Assembly: GCA_035544015.1 (NCBI GenBank) | Contig: DATKIP010000076.1 | Coordinates: 64,299 to 128,298 of the forward strand | Source of the DNA: Candidatus Saccharimonadia bacterium | GTDB taxonomy: Bacteria > Patescibacteriota > Saccharimonadia > UBA4664 | Direction: 5' to 3' | DNA length: 64,000 nt | Shown here: in pieces, positions 47,420 to 57,403 of the stretch | Numbering within the stretch: position 1 is the stretch's first letter | Layout: every line of letters begins with the position of its first letter | Notes under the pieces: generated by a model | Database searches by the model: none | What the model was told of the DNA's origin: nothing | What the model saw: only the letters and a program-made list of their open reading frames with translations | Program-made: the position numbers and the translations under genes

Positions 47420-47905
47420 ATGCCCACAGATCAGATCAAGATTCATGATTTCTCATACACGCTCTACCGATGGGCCTACGACTATCACAATTCCGTAAAC
47501 GACCTCCTCGATAAGCACCCCGGCCTGGCAATGTTTGCAGTAAAGTACAACAACGCCTGCCTCGCCTTTGAGTTAATCATTAAGAGCCATATTGCACACA
47601 AGAACCACGCATCAACACCGGAGGCGCTCGATAAAGTTATGAGAGGCTATGGCCATAGCCTTGTCAGGCTTGCTCGATATGCCGTGGAAGAGATTGGGCT
47701 GTATCTGCCCGATGAGGACTGGAAAAAACTAGAACTAGTTGATAAATACTATGCAACCCACCAATTTCGCTATCCCCCGTATGAACCACGCAAATCAGAT
47801 CTCAACCATATAGAGCTATTGGCTGCAATCAATGAACTTAGGTTTATCACGGCAACGATGCTGGTAGTAGCCCACGAACAAACTGATGGATACGCCATAT
47901 CTTAG
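47420..47905 (+). CDS. Hypothetical protein (possible HEPN-like helical protein)
   Basis: A 161-aa low-GC ORF lying 12 nt after the previous gene. The HEPN suggestion is weak, since no clear Rx4-6H motif is present. Confidence 0.3.
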   Translation: MPTDQIKIHDFSYTLYRWAYDYHNSVNDLLDKHPGLAMFAVKYNNACLAFELIIKSHIAHKNHASTPEALDKVMRGYGHSLVRLARYAVEEIGLYLPDEDWKKLELVDKYYATHQFRYPPYEPRKSDLNHIELLAAINELRFITATMLVVAHEQTDGYAIS

Positions 47906-47940
47906 AAGCCACGGAAGTAAAAAGGACTTAGAATAGGGTC

Positions 47941-48597
47941 ATGCAGACCAATACTCTCGACGCCTTCCTCGATAGGTATATCAGTGGCTACCTACTGGAC
48001 GATATCGAGTCTATACAGTCCAAGATCCCCGTTAGTGACGAGGGGAATGGAGCTTACTTAGTGACTGGCGCAATATGCTCAGGTATTGAGCTACTTGGTA
48101 CTCTCCTACAGGAGCATAAAGAATCGGGCGCGTTCCCCTTCGACCATTATTGTGCTCACTATCTATCCGAGGTTGATGAACGATATAAAGCCTTAGGTGT
48201 TTTTGGGCGTCAGCTCATTCGTAATGGCATTGCTCATACATTCTCGACAAAGGGCCTAATCGCCGTCACGCGCCAGGGAAGCCGAGAAAATACTCACCTT
48301 GTACGGTACTCCAAGTCTGAACTTTTGGTCATTAACGCCAACTACCTGCATGAAGACTTCCAAGCCGCGTACACTGAACATGCCCTGCCGAAGCTGGTAA
48401 TGGGAGGGGAGCTGCGTGACCGTGCGGAAGAGAACTACGAGCGCCTGAAGAACAAATACGCTGGCGAAATCGAGGAAGCCAGAAACCAGGCCAAAAATAA
48501 GCTCAAGTCCTGGCCCTGGCGTCATGCCGAACTTGAGCCTTGGGATGGGATGACTGAGATGATCGAATATAATGGCGAAGGATTCGGCGTTAGCTAA
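47941..48597 (+). CDS. HEPN-like protein (Rx4H motif 'RNGIAH')
   Basis: 'GRQLIRNGIAHTFS' fits the HEPN catalytic motif as seen in Abi/Swt1-type RNases. Confidence 0.4.
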   Translation: MQTNTLDAFLDRYISGYLLDDIESIQSKIPVSDEGNGAYLVTGAICSGIELLGTLLQEHKESGAFPFDHYCAHYLSEVDERYKALGVFGRQLIRNGIAHTFSTKGLIAVTRQGSRENTHLVRYSKSELLVINANYLHEDFQAAYTEHALPKLVMGGELRDRAEENYERLKNKYAGEIEEARNQAKNKLKSWPWRHAELEPWDGMTEMIEYNGEGFGVS

Positions 48598-48636
48598 TTC
48601 GCCTCTGACTCAATTCAAATAGCAAAGGTCTGGCCT

Positions 48637-49872
48637 ATGGAATCACTATTCGGCAAGAAAATGGAAGACTTAGAATTTCAGGATGTCGTGGATTTTTGCG
48701 ACAAGCAGTATAAGGAGGGGATATTTCTTGATTACAAGCAAGACCTAAGCGGTAAAAAGTCGCTTGTTAAGACGATATGCTCATTCGCAAATACCGTAGG
48801 CGGGTGGCTAATCATCGGAGTGGAGGACGAGAGCGACAAGCCTAAGCCTCCATATAATGGTATTGAATATAATCCTCAGATTGCCTCTGCCATTCCCAAT
48901 ATGATTGTTGATAGTGTTTGGCCTTACATACGACCGATAGTCCAAGTTTGCGGCCCCAATGCCGACAATAAAGCTTTCATTGCGGTTTATGTTCCAGAGA
49001 GTGACGAGGCTCCCCACTGGACAGCCGATAAGTCCCATCTATACGTTAGGAGGAGCGACCGAAGCGACTCGACTGATTGGGAGCGCTATGCCACTGCTCA
49101 CGAGTGGGAGTGGCTGAGGAATAAGCGATTAAAGGCCGAGGATCAGAGAGAGCGGAGCGGCAGCACTCTGCAGGCTATTTATGCTCGTCTGCACAACAGG
49201 GAATATCCAATAGTGGCCGGCGGCGGAACTACGGCCAACGACGGGCGAATGCGAGTGTTTGTCTCACCATTTTTCCCTAGCACTCAGCTTTTCTCAGGCG
49301 CAGAAGCGTATAACGCCCTATACGATCAACGCGTAAATACAGCAAGTGATGGCGCATTCCCTACTTATCTTCCAAGCAGGATGATATTTGATGAAGGTGC
49401 ATATACGCATGGCGTAGAACGGCTAACCTCAACAACTCATGAGTCGTTTCTCGGCCTAGAGAACTTTGGTGGCATCTTGGCGAATAAGGATATTTTACGG
49501 AGCGGCGGGCACGGCGAAAGACACATCATCTTTCATGAGTTCATGAACCGGCTTGAAGACACCCTAGAATTCGCTGCAAATGTATATAAGAGCAAGAATT
49601 ATCTCGGACTTGCCTGCCTTGAAGTGGGGATTAGTGTTCCGGTAGATTCGCGAATAGTGTTCAGAGGGGCAATTGGCTCAGGTTTAAATAGCACTGAGAA
49701 AGTTAATGTACGAGGGTCATTTGAAGCGTCGCTGAGACTGGATAACGAAGAGCTTTCCAGTAAGCCCAAACGATATGAGTTGATGAAAGAGATCGCCACA
49801 TCGTTACTGCATTCCTATGGCTACGCCGAGATACCTGGCGGTACGATCGAAGAAGCGTTCCAGAGACAGTAG
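48637..49872 (+). CDS. Schlafen/AlbA_2 (divergent AAA-associated DNA-binding) domain protein
   Basis: 'LEFQDVVDF...LVKTICSFANTVGGWLIIGVED' is the AlbA_2 signature. The ~250-aa C-terminal region is unassigned. Confidence 0.55.
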   Translation: MESLFGKKMEDLEFQDVVDFCDKQYKEGIFLDYKQDLSGKKSLVKTICSFANTVGGWLIIGVEDESDKPKPPYNGIEYNPQIASAIPNMIVDSVWPYIRPIVQVCGPNADNKAFIAVYVPESDEAPHWTADKSHLYVRRSDRSDSTDWERYATAHEWEWLRNKRLKAEDQRERSGSTLQAIYARLHNREYPIVAGGGTTANDGRMRVFVSPFFPSTQLFSGAEAYNALYDQRVNTASDGAFPTYLPSRMIFDEGAYTHGVERLTSTTHESFLGLENFGGILANKDILRSGGHGERHIIFHEFMNRLEDTLEFAANVYKSKNYLGLACLEVGISVPVDSRIVFRGAIGSGLNSTEKVNVRGSFEASLRLDNEELSSKPKRYELMKEIATSLLHSYGYAEIPGGTIEEAFQRQ

Positions 49873-49930
49873 CTCGCGAGCGCTCAGAGTGCACTATTGG
49901 CTCCGTTCATAACACGACAGGTAAAATGTA

Positions 49931-50581
49931 ATGCCAACAATCTACGACATATTGCCCTCTCTTGAAGATAGAATCCTGAGCCTGCTCCATGACTTCATGG
50001 CGGAGGATGGAGGGGCATTTCATACTTGGGAAGTAGCGGTGCTATTGCCCGGATCAAACGGGTTCGTACATTTCATGGCTGGCGTTAATTTATCACTCAA
50101 GAATGGCAATTATGTTTCCTCGATGGCAAATCTACGTGGCATGATCGAAGTACTAGGCGCTGTTGTTTATGACGGAACTGCCAGTCTGCCCAAGGAGGGG
50201 TACGACCGATTCCTTAAAACTGGGCGCTTGCCCAAATGGGATGAGGAAGCACAAAAGTGGATTGATTTGGGGCCACGCGAATCGGTGAAGTATGCACAAA
50301 TGGTTGTCGATGCAAAGACTAATCTCAAGAAAATTTACGATGACTGCTGTGACTTGCTGCACTTCTCATCGATCCATATGAGCTTTATGGGCGGCTTTGA
50401 GCAGCAGGGAAGCTTAGTGGAGAGGCTTGCCAAAATAAAAATCGGCTCTAAAGATCAGATTCCTATCAAGCTGCAACGCGACATGATCGATTTATGCGCT
50501 GAACTCGCAACTGGGCTAGGGAAGTGCATTACGCTAGGCATTGAGGAAAAGAAGAAGCGGAATACGCCTAAGCCCTCATGA
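49931..50581 (+). CDS. Hypothetical protein
   Basis: A 216-aa low-GC ORF with no motif recognised. Confidence 0.3.
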   Translation: MPTIYDILPSLEDRILSLLHDFMAEDGGAFHTWEVAVLLPGSNGFVHFMAGVNLSLKNGNYVSSMANLRGMIEVLGAVVYDGTASLPKEGYDRFLKTGRLPKWDEEAQKWIDLGPRESVKYAQMVVDAKTNLKKIYDDCCDLLHFSSIHMSFMGGFEQQGSLVERLAKIKIGSKDQIPIKLQRDMIDLCAELATGLGKCITLGIEEKKKRNTPKPS

Positions 50582-50666
50582 TACGCTTTTTGGACGGCCC
50601 GTTAGTCCAATAACGGCAGAAGCAACTACATCTTTAATATCAATATTCAGCGAAGATTGAGGCAAT

Positions 50667-51665
50667 GTGGAAAACCGCCTTGGAATTAAATCTTTCATAA
50701 CATGGCACCCTCCCAAGGTAGGGGTGACAGTTGGTAATATCAAAGTGTCTGAGGGGAATGGGGTTGTAATAACTACCAAATCAACCAACTCAAGTGGTCA
50801 GTCGTTTCGGTCTACGGTAAGTCTTGAATACGAACATTTAGCCCAAGGAGAGTTATCTTTATGGGTGCTCTTTCATGGCTTTGTTATGGGTGATCCTTGG
50901 ACGTTGTCATCGTATATGGGCACTGTACACGGTGTTGTTGAGCCAATGGACAAGCCTTTCGAAGATGAAAAGGATTATGGCGATTTTCTGAATACTGCTT
51001 ATCGAACAGAGGGTATTACGCAGAAGAGGAGCTACCAAGAGCTGTATGAAAGGTTCAAGGGACTAAGTGAGCGGCAGAGTGGCATGGTAAAAAACCTAAT
51101 GCTAGATTTGAAACCTGGGTCTCAATGGTCGCACCTTGAGATGGCGGATTATTCATATTGGAGAATGGTGATTGATTTCTCGATAATCGAAGCCATAATG
51201 GGGCGGCAGCCTTTTTGTGAAGAAACGCATGAATGTTCAAAATGTTCTAAGAAGAGCATTATGCACAATCCAATTGAGGCGAAAAAATGGGCGCGAGATA
51301 GGCTACTAGAAATTGTTGGCGATGCCGAGAAGGCCGACCAGTACATGAAAGTCATTTGGACTGTTAGGCAGAGTATACGACATAAAACCGCACACGAAAG
51401 TGATTATCCGCATCAAAGACCTTCAAGCCAGCTTCACCACGGCGATAACGAGTTTGATATTGATACGGTCGTCAACAGCTTCAAGAGTGATGCCCATGCG
51501 CTGACCGCCCTAGAAAGAAATATGCATGAGGTAACGCGGATATTGTTGCTAGATAATATTCTGCAAACGAAAGTTTTCCCTGACATACGTCCCTATATGG
51601 TTCGCTCAGGCGGGATGAGCTGGGACGAGTTCATGAAGATAGTGGAAGGAAAAGGCCAGATCTAA
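50667..51665 (+). CDS. HEPN/Abi_2 (AbiD/AbiF)-like abortive-infection-type protein
   Basis: The 'VIWTVRQSIRHKTAHESDY' Rx4H motif appears in a 332-aa protein with the size and composition of Abi_2 family members. Confidence 0.35.
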   Translation: MENRLGIKSFITWHPPKVGVTVGNIKVSEGNGVVITTKSTNSSGQSFRSTVSLEYEHLAQGELSLWVLFHGFVMGDPWTLSSYMGTVHGVVEPMDKPFEDEKDYGDFLNTAYRTEGITQKRSYQELYERFKGLSERQSGMVKNLMLDLKPGSQWSHLEMADYSYWRMVIDFSIIEAIMGRQPFCEETHECSKCSKKSIMHNPIEAKKWARDRLLEIVGDAEKADQYMKVIWTVRQSIRHKTAHESDYPHQRPSSQLHHGDNEFDIDTVVNSFKSDAHALTALERNMHEVTRILLLDNILQTKVFPDIRPYMVRSGGMSWDEFMKIVEGKGQI

Positions 51666-51760
51666 CTGGTATTCATGCCAATTCCGGCAGGACATTCTGC
51701 CCAGTAATTGCATGACAGCTGTTCAGACCCCCATCCACGCGCTCCTGCCAATCAAGAGGG

Positions 51761-53176
51761 TTACATAAACTCAATTCCAGCCCCATCACGATCTGAGCTT
51801 AATGGCCTGAACAAAGCCCTCATAATAACCCGCTTCTCATCCGGCGTGCTCCGTACATAGAGCCGCACAATGGGGTTCACAGAATCACACGCAGGCACCG
51901 CCACCGACTCACCTCCACCTTGACTCCCTTGCACCTCACCCAGCCGCTCCTGCACGCTCGTCATCCGCTCCGTCAGCTCAGCATGCTTCATTGCATATTT
52001 CTCAACCGACACCTCACCCGCCAGCTTGTCCTCATATAGCATCTCATCCATTCGCTTGAGCCGCGTTAGTTGCCGCTGCAATGTATCAATAACGCCCACC
52101 CAATCAAGCGACTTCGGTCGCCCCGCCTCTAGTGCTTTTTCGAGCCATGCAAGAATCTTGCCATCGGAATCGTCCAGCCCCTCCAGCATCCCAATCACCC
52201 TGCGCTCCAGCCGATCCTCTCGCAAGAACCGATTGCCCCGACACACACCCTTACGCTGCTGACACAGCCCATAGTACCGACCCTTTTGCAGTTGCCACGT
52301 AACCATCCCACCACAACCCGTGCATCGAATCATGCCCTTAAATACCGGATTATGCTTACGAGTCCTAGGCTTATGCTGGCCTAGCTTAAGCTGCACCGCC
52401 TCAAATACTTCCTTGGTGATAATCGGCTCCTGCGCACCCGGATAATCCGCACCATTAAACCGATTAATCCCGATGTAAAAAGGATTCCTCAAAGTCTTTA
52501 GAACAAAGCTTTTTGAAAACGGCCGCCCCTTACCCGTTACTAACCCCATTGCTGTCATCTCCCGCATGGCCGCCGCTCCCGAATAGTCAAAATCCTTCAC
52601 CAAGATGAATACCCGCTGCATCAGCGATGTCGTATCCAAATTCGGCACATGAATGCGTTTACCGTTCTCGGTTATCGTCTTATAGCCCGGCGGGGGAGGC
52701 GAGGGGAGCCAACCCTGTGCCAATTTCTCAGCCCAACCCTTCATGGCCTCCTCACGCAAACTATCGGTATATTTCTTTGCTAGCGCCAGATTGATATTCC
52801 ACATAAATTTAGCGTCAGACCGCGAGGCCTTATGCAAAACCTGGTTCTCTTTAACGACATGCAGCATCCGCAAGCCGTCGTCCTCCAGCCAGTCATTGAT
52901 GTACGCAGCATCTTTCAAATTGCGCGTAAAGCGGTCGGTTTTCTCGACCACAAAATGGTAAATCTTGTGCTTCGCCACATAAACCAACAACTCATGGAAC
53001 ACCGTCCGACGTTCCTGCTTCGACGCCGTCTCCGTCAGCTTAAACTCCTTAACAACCGTCAAGTCCTTGCCCGCGCAATACTCCCGCAAAAACTTGATCT
53101 GTGCGTCCAGTGAATAACCCTCGTCCTCCTGCGCCTTGCTCGAAACTCGCGCCAAAATAATCGTTCTTGCCTGCAT
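51761..53176 (-). mobile_element. Large serine recombinase (resolvase/invertase catalytic domain + recombinase domain + zinc ribbon)
   Basis: N-terminal 'IILARVSSKAQEDEGYSLDAQ' catalytic serine motif. The 471-aa protein has a C-terminal 'CTGCGGMVTW...GLCQQRKGVC' zinc ribbon. Confidence 0.75.
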
Positions 53177-53332
53177 GTAATCTCTCCGTAGTTAGTGATG
53201 AGCACTATATATGAGAGTGGCAATAAGATTGCTTTCTGAAAGCTTATTCCATACCATGAGCTGTACACTCACAAAAAATGTGTTGTGGTTATGCTTTAAT
53301 GCCCAGCTAAACTTACCTACTGGAATAAACAC

Positions 53333-55903
53333 TTGGCCGCCCTCCTGTCACGCCTATTCGGCGACACCCCATACGACATTGCCATTAATAGCCTTCTTCT
53401 CCTCACCATGGGTTATTTCGCCTGGCGCTGGCTATTTGAGCCCGCGCTAGATGTCCTGGCGGGTCTATGGGCATACCAGAGATCACAAAGCCGGCCAGCT
53501 TCGTATCTGGAAATTACGCCACCCACACACAATGAAAAATCATCGCTGGCCACGCAACAACTTATCACCGTACTGCGGCAATACCTAGGCAAAAACGAGA
53601 GTGTCTCGTTGGAACTAGTCTCATCGCGCAAAGAGGGCATCCGCTATCTTATCCGAACCAGCCCAGACAACGTACCAATCTTGCAGCGCCATGTGGCGTC
53701 ATATCTACCAGAATCACGGTTCCGTATCCTAAATGACGCCCCGCCGCTATCTGATTCAAATGATACCACCTACCACTACGTGCATGAGATAAAACAAGCC
53801 CGCCATTACGCCTATCCGCTCCAGCCCCAAACTGATCTCAACCAAAGCGACCCCGTCGCTTTTATCGCGGGCTCTATGACAAACCTCCAACCAGGCGAAT
53901 CAATCGCCCTACAACTGATAATCACGCCCTACGATTCATACTGGATGCGCCGGCTCTACAACAAAATCCTGAATAAAGGCTATACCATTATCGATCACAA
54001 GCTCCGCCACTTCATCATGAAGCACTGGTGGGTTTGGTGCATCGCCCTCCTTATCGCTTATTACACGCATGACCTAGAGCTGGCGGGGTCGTGGGCCCTC
54101 GTGCTGCTTGTTGTCTCAATGTTCTTTATCAAACGCGAAGAGCCAGCCCTCACGGTGGGAGAACAACAACTATTCGATGGTATTCGAGAAAAACTTGGGC
54201 AGCCACTATTTAGGGTAAATCTCCGAATCTCGCTAACCGCCAATTCGGTCGCCAGGTTAAGTGAACTATCCGGAGGCATGGAAAGTTCACTTGCACCACT
54301 AAACGCCCCTTTCCAGCACCTCAGATCATCACAAGACTATTTCGGACGATTAGGACAAAGATTTGAGGGACACAAATTTCAACACCGACTCCCAGGACTA
54401 CTGGTGGTAAATACCAATATATTTGCCGCATCCGAGCTAGCCGATGTTTATCACTTCCCATACGGCACCATCACCACCGAAAACCTAGTCCGGTCACATA
54501 GCCGCACCCTACCCGCTCCGCTATCGCTGAAAAGTGATGCTAAATATGACATCGTCATCGGCCACAATCATCATCATGGCAGCACTACCGAGATTGGTCT
54601 CACCGCTGCCGATCGCCAGCGCCACGTCTACATCATCGGTGGTACCGGCAATGGTAAAACTACCCTGCTCACGCGCGCCATGATCGCCGATCTCCAAAAC
54701 GGCCAGAGCTTTGCCTTCATCGACCCGCACGGCGACGCCGCCGAAATGCTCCTACGGCACGTTCCAGAAGAGCGCCTAAGCGACGTCATTTATTTCAACC
54801 CCGACGACCTCGCGCGGCCCATCGGCCTTAATCTCCTCGAACTCCCCGAAGGCCTCGTCGGCGACGACCTCCTGCGCGAAAAAGACCTTGTCACCGAAGC
54901 CACCATCTCTGTCTTCCGCAAGATTTTCTCCGAAGAAGACGAGGGCGGTCACCGCATCGAATATGTACTCCGTAACGCCATTCAAACCGCCCTCACCCAG
55001 CCCGGCGCCACTCTCTTCACCGTCTTCGATCTCCTCAATGACCCGGCCTATCGCAAGCAGGTCGTGTCCAAGCTCCAAGACAAGGACCTCATCAATTTCT
55101 GGAAGCATGAGCTCGGCAAAGCCGGCGACTTCCAGCGCGTCAAAATGGCCGCCGGCATTACCGCCAAGATCGGCCGTTTCCTATTCTCGGCCTCGGCCAA
55201 GCGCATCATCGAGCAACCCAAATCAACCATAAATTTCGACGACGTTCTAAGCTCCGGCAAAATCCTCATCTGCAACTTTTCTAAAGGCCTGCTCGGCGAA
55301 GACACCTCGGAGCTCTTTGGCATCATGATCCTGGCCAAAATTCAGCTAGCCGCCCTCCGCCGCGCCCGGCTGCCCATCGATCAACGCTCGCCGTACCACC
55401 TCTATGTCGATGAGTTCCAAAACTTCGCCACCGCCTCATTCGTTCAAATGCTGTCGGAGGCCCGTAAATATCAGCTCTTTATGACCCTCGCCGAGCAGTC
55501 CACCTCCCAGCAAAAAGACCAGCGTATGGTCCAGATAATTCTCGCCAACGTCGGCACCGTCATCTGTTTCCGTACCGGTAACCCCGCCGACGAAAAGCTT
55601 TTGCTCCCATTCTTTAGTCCGTACATCGAGCCGGGCGAAATCACCAATCTACCAGCCTACAACTTCTACATGCGCATCGCCGGGGCCACCACCCAAGAGC
55701 CCTTCTCTGGCCAAACCATCCCGCCAACCGAAGAGGGGAGTGATGATATCGCCCGCCGCCTCATCGAGCATTCCCGTCAAACCTATGGCAAGACGCACGC
55801 TCCGGCCCAAGCCCCCAAAACCAGCAGCGAGACTAACAACCCTCAAATCAAAAGCGCCACCCCGCTTCGCCGGCCAGTCAAGAAACACAAGATCACCCAA
55901 TGA
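53333..55903 (+). CDS. Type IV coupling protein-like ATPase (VirD4/TraD/TraG family)
   Basis: N-terminal TM helices; Walker A 'GGTGNGKTT'; Walker B 'LYVDEFQNF'. At 856 aa it is next to a relaxation-type protein. Confidence 0.55.
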   Translation: MAALLSRLFGDTPYDIAINSLLLLTMGYFAWRWLFEPALDVLAGLWAYQRSQSRPASYLEITPPTHNEKSSLATQQLITVLRQYLGKNESVSLELVSSRKEGIRYLIRTSPDNVPILQRHVASYLPESRFRILNDAPPLSDSNDTTYHYVHEIKQARHYAYPLQPQTDLNQSDPVAFIAGSMTNLQPGESIALQLIITPYDSYWMRRLYNKILNKGYTIIDHKLRHFIMKHWWVWCIALLIAYYTHDLELAGSWALVLLVVSMFFIKREEPALTVGEQQLFDGIREKLGQPLFRVNLRISLTANSVARLSELSGGMESSLAPLNAPFQHLRSSQDYFGRLGQRFEGHKFQHRLPGLLVVNTNIFAASELADVYHFPYGTITTENLVRSHSRTLPAPLSLKSDAKYDIVIGHNHHHGSTTEIGLTAADRQRHVYIIGGTGNGKTTLLTRAMIADLQNGQSFAFIDPHGDAAEMLLRHVPEERLSDVIYFNPDDLARPIGLNLLELPEGLVGDDLLREKDLVTEATISVFRKIFSEEDEGGHRIEYVLRNAIQTALTQPGATLFTVFDLLNDPAYRKQVVSKLQDKDLINFWKHELGKAGDFQRVKMAAGITAKIGRFLFSASAKRIIEQPKSTINFDDVLSSGKILICNFSKGLLGEDTSELFGIMILAKIQLAALRRARLPIDQRSPYHLYVDEFQNFATASFVQMLSEARKYQLFMTLAEQSTSQQKDQRMVQIILANVGTVICFRTGNPADEKLLLPFFSPYIEPGEITNLPAYNFYMRIAGATTQEPFSGQTIPPTEEGSDDIARRLIEHSRQTYGKTHAPAQAPKTSSETNNPQIKSATPLRRPVKKHKITQ

Positions 55904-55956
55904 ATAAATCGTATTATTCATCCAAAGTTACATTTCCAGATACAAGCAGGTAAATT

Positions 55957-56829
55957 TTGTCTCTCCCCTATATACATATGTATATGGAGACGCCCATCAT
56001 GATTAAAACTCCAACTACCAAACAACAACTCGCTATCCTCACCCTCATCTACCGCTTTCGATTTGTCAGCACAAAGCACATCCAGCAAGCCTTAGGGATT
56101 AAGTATCTTAGCAGTGTCCAGCCAAGACTCAATAGGCTCGTAGAACTTGGCCTTATCGGCCGAAACTATAATGGTTCCCTAAGGCTTGCTGGGCTTCCAG
56201 CTTCGTACTATCTACAACCAAAAGGCATGCATGCGCTCAAGGCTATCGACTCCGACGTCAGCAAAGCCGCACTCCACAATGCATACAAAGACAAGACCGC
56301 TTCGGAGCAATTCATCCAGCACTGCTTGGCTATCGCCGATGTCAGTCACGAGCTCACTGAATGCTTTGGCGTCAGAGTTGAATTCTTCACCAAAAGTGAA
56401 TCCAAAGAGTACGATTACTTCCCGCAGCCGTTACCTGACGGCTACCTCACTATCGCCGGCGCATCAACCAAAGACGACGACTCCAATCAATATTTTTTAG
56501 AAGTCTGCGACAAACCAACGCCAATGTTTGCGCATAAGAAGCGTATCCAAGAACTGATCGACTATGCCGAAGGGGGAGAATGGGAGGCCGCCACCGGCAC
56601 TGAGATGCCAACAATATTGTTTGTATGTGAGTCGCCGGATATCCAGCGCAAACTAATGAAGCTCATAGAAATAGCGCTTGAGGATTCATACGAAGATGAG
56701 CTCAAGGTAGAAGCGATTCTGAAGAGCCAAATCTGCGCCATCCTCGACCCAAAGAAGAGCCCGGAAGCCACCAAAGCAGCTCCCGGGCCCCCTCTAGCTA
56801 ATCCTCGTCAGCCAATCTCACCGACATAA
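55957..56829 (+). CDS. Replication-relaxation family protein (Replic_Relax, plasmid/ICE-associated)
   Basis: N-terminal wHTH 'QLAILTLIYRFRFVSTKHIQQALGI...LNRLVELGLIG', typical of Replic_Relax proteins. Confidence 0.5.
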   Translation: MSLPYIHMYMETPIMIKTPTTKQQLAILTLIYRFRFVSTKHIQQALGIKYLSSVQPRLNRLVELGLIGRNYNGSLRLAGLPASYYLQPKGMHALKAIDSDVSKAALHNAYKDKTASEQFIQHCLAIADVSHELTECFGVRVEFFTKSESKEYDYFPQPLPDGYLTIAGASTKDDDSNQYFLEVCDKPTPMFAHKKRIQELIDYAEGGEWEAATGTEMPTILFVCESPDIQRKLMKLIEIALEDSYEDELKVEAILKSQICAILDPKKSPEATKAAPGPPLANPRQPISPT

Positions 56830-57142
56830 CTCGTACGCAATCCGGCGATAAGGGATCTTCCCAATCACGCAGCCTCCAGTCGTAGTAGTCGATACTCCAG
56901 CGAACCTTATGAAACACCATATTACTTAGCCACATGACATGACCGAAATCATGCCGGTGAAACGGATCAAGACCTGCGATCCAGTTTTCGTACTCACGTA
57001 TCTCTTGAATCAACCCTGGCAGGTTGTATAGATGCCAGACATTCCGCGTACACATTATCAACCCCTTCTTGGACCTGCGAAACTCATCATTCGCCGCCGC
57101 GATCCTCTCGGACAATGCTTTTTCCACTAATAACTCTTCCAT
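56798..57142 (-). CDS. Hypothetical protein
   Basis: A 114-aa ORF rich in Trp/His. No motif recognised. Confidence 0.3.
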   Translation of the reverse strand: MEELLVEKALSERIAAANDEFRRSKKGLIMCTRNVWHLYNLPGLIQEIREYENWIAGLDPFHRHDFGHVMWLSNMVFHKVRWSIDYYDWRLRDWEDPLSPDCVRVMSVRLADED

Positions 57143-57403
57143 CTCAAACCTCCTCGTAAAGTTATCTTTGAACCTTCGAGCGTATCGACCTCCCGCTCTG
57201 TCGACCGGGCAAGGTCAGAACTGGACGCGTCAAGGTGGAGCACCCCACGCGCTGAACGACCTTGGGGCGGCCAGTTATGGCCTTATGATGGCAAGACAGA
57301 GGGAGGGCTAACCTCTTACAGCCCTAAGGTCATAAAGTTTAATTCATTGTTGCCGCAGAGCTTGTATTATGAAGCCATAAGCAACTTAAACGAGCCCCTC
57401 GCT

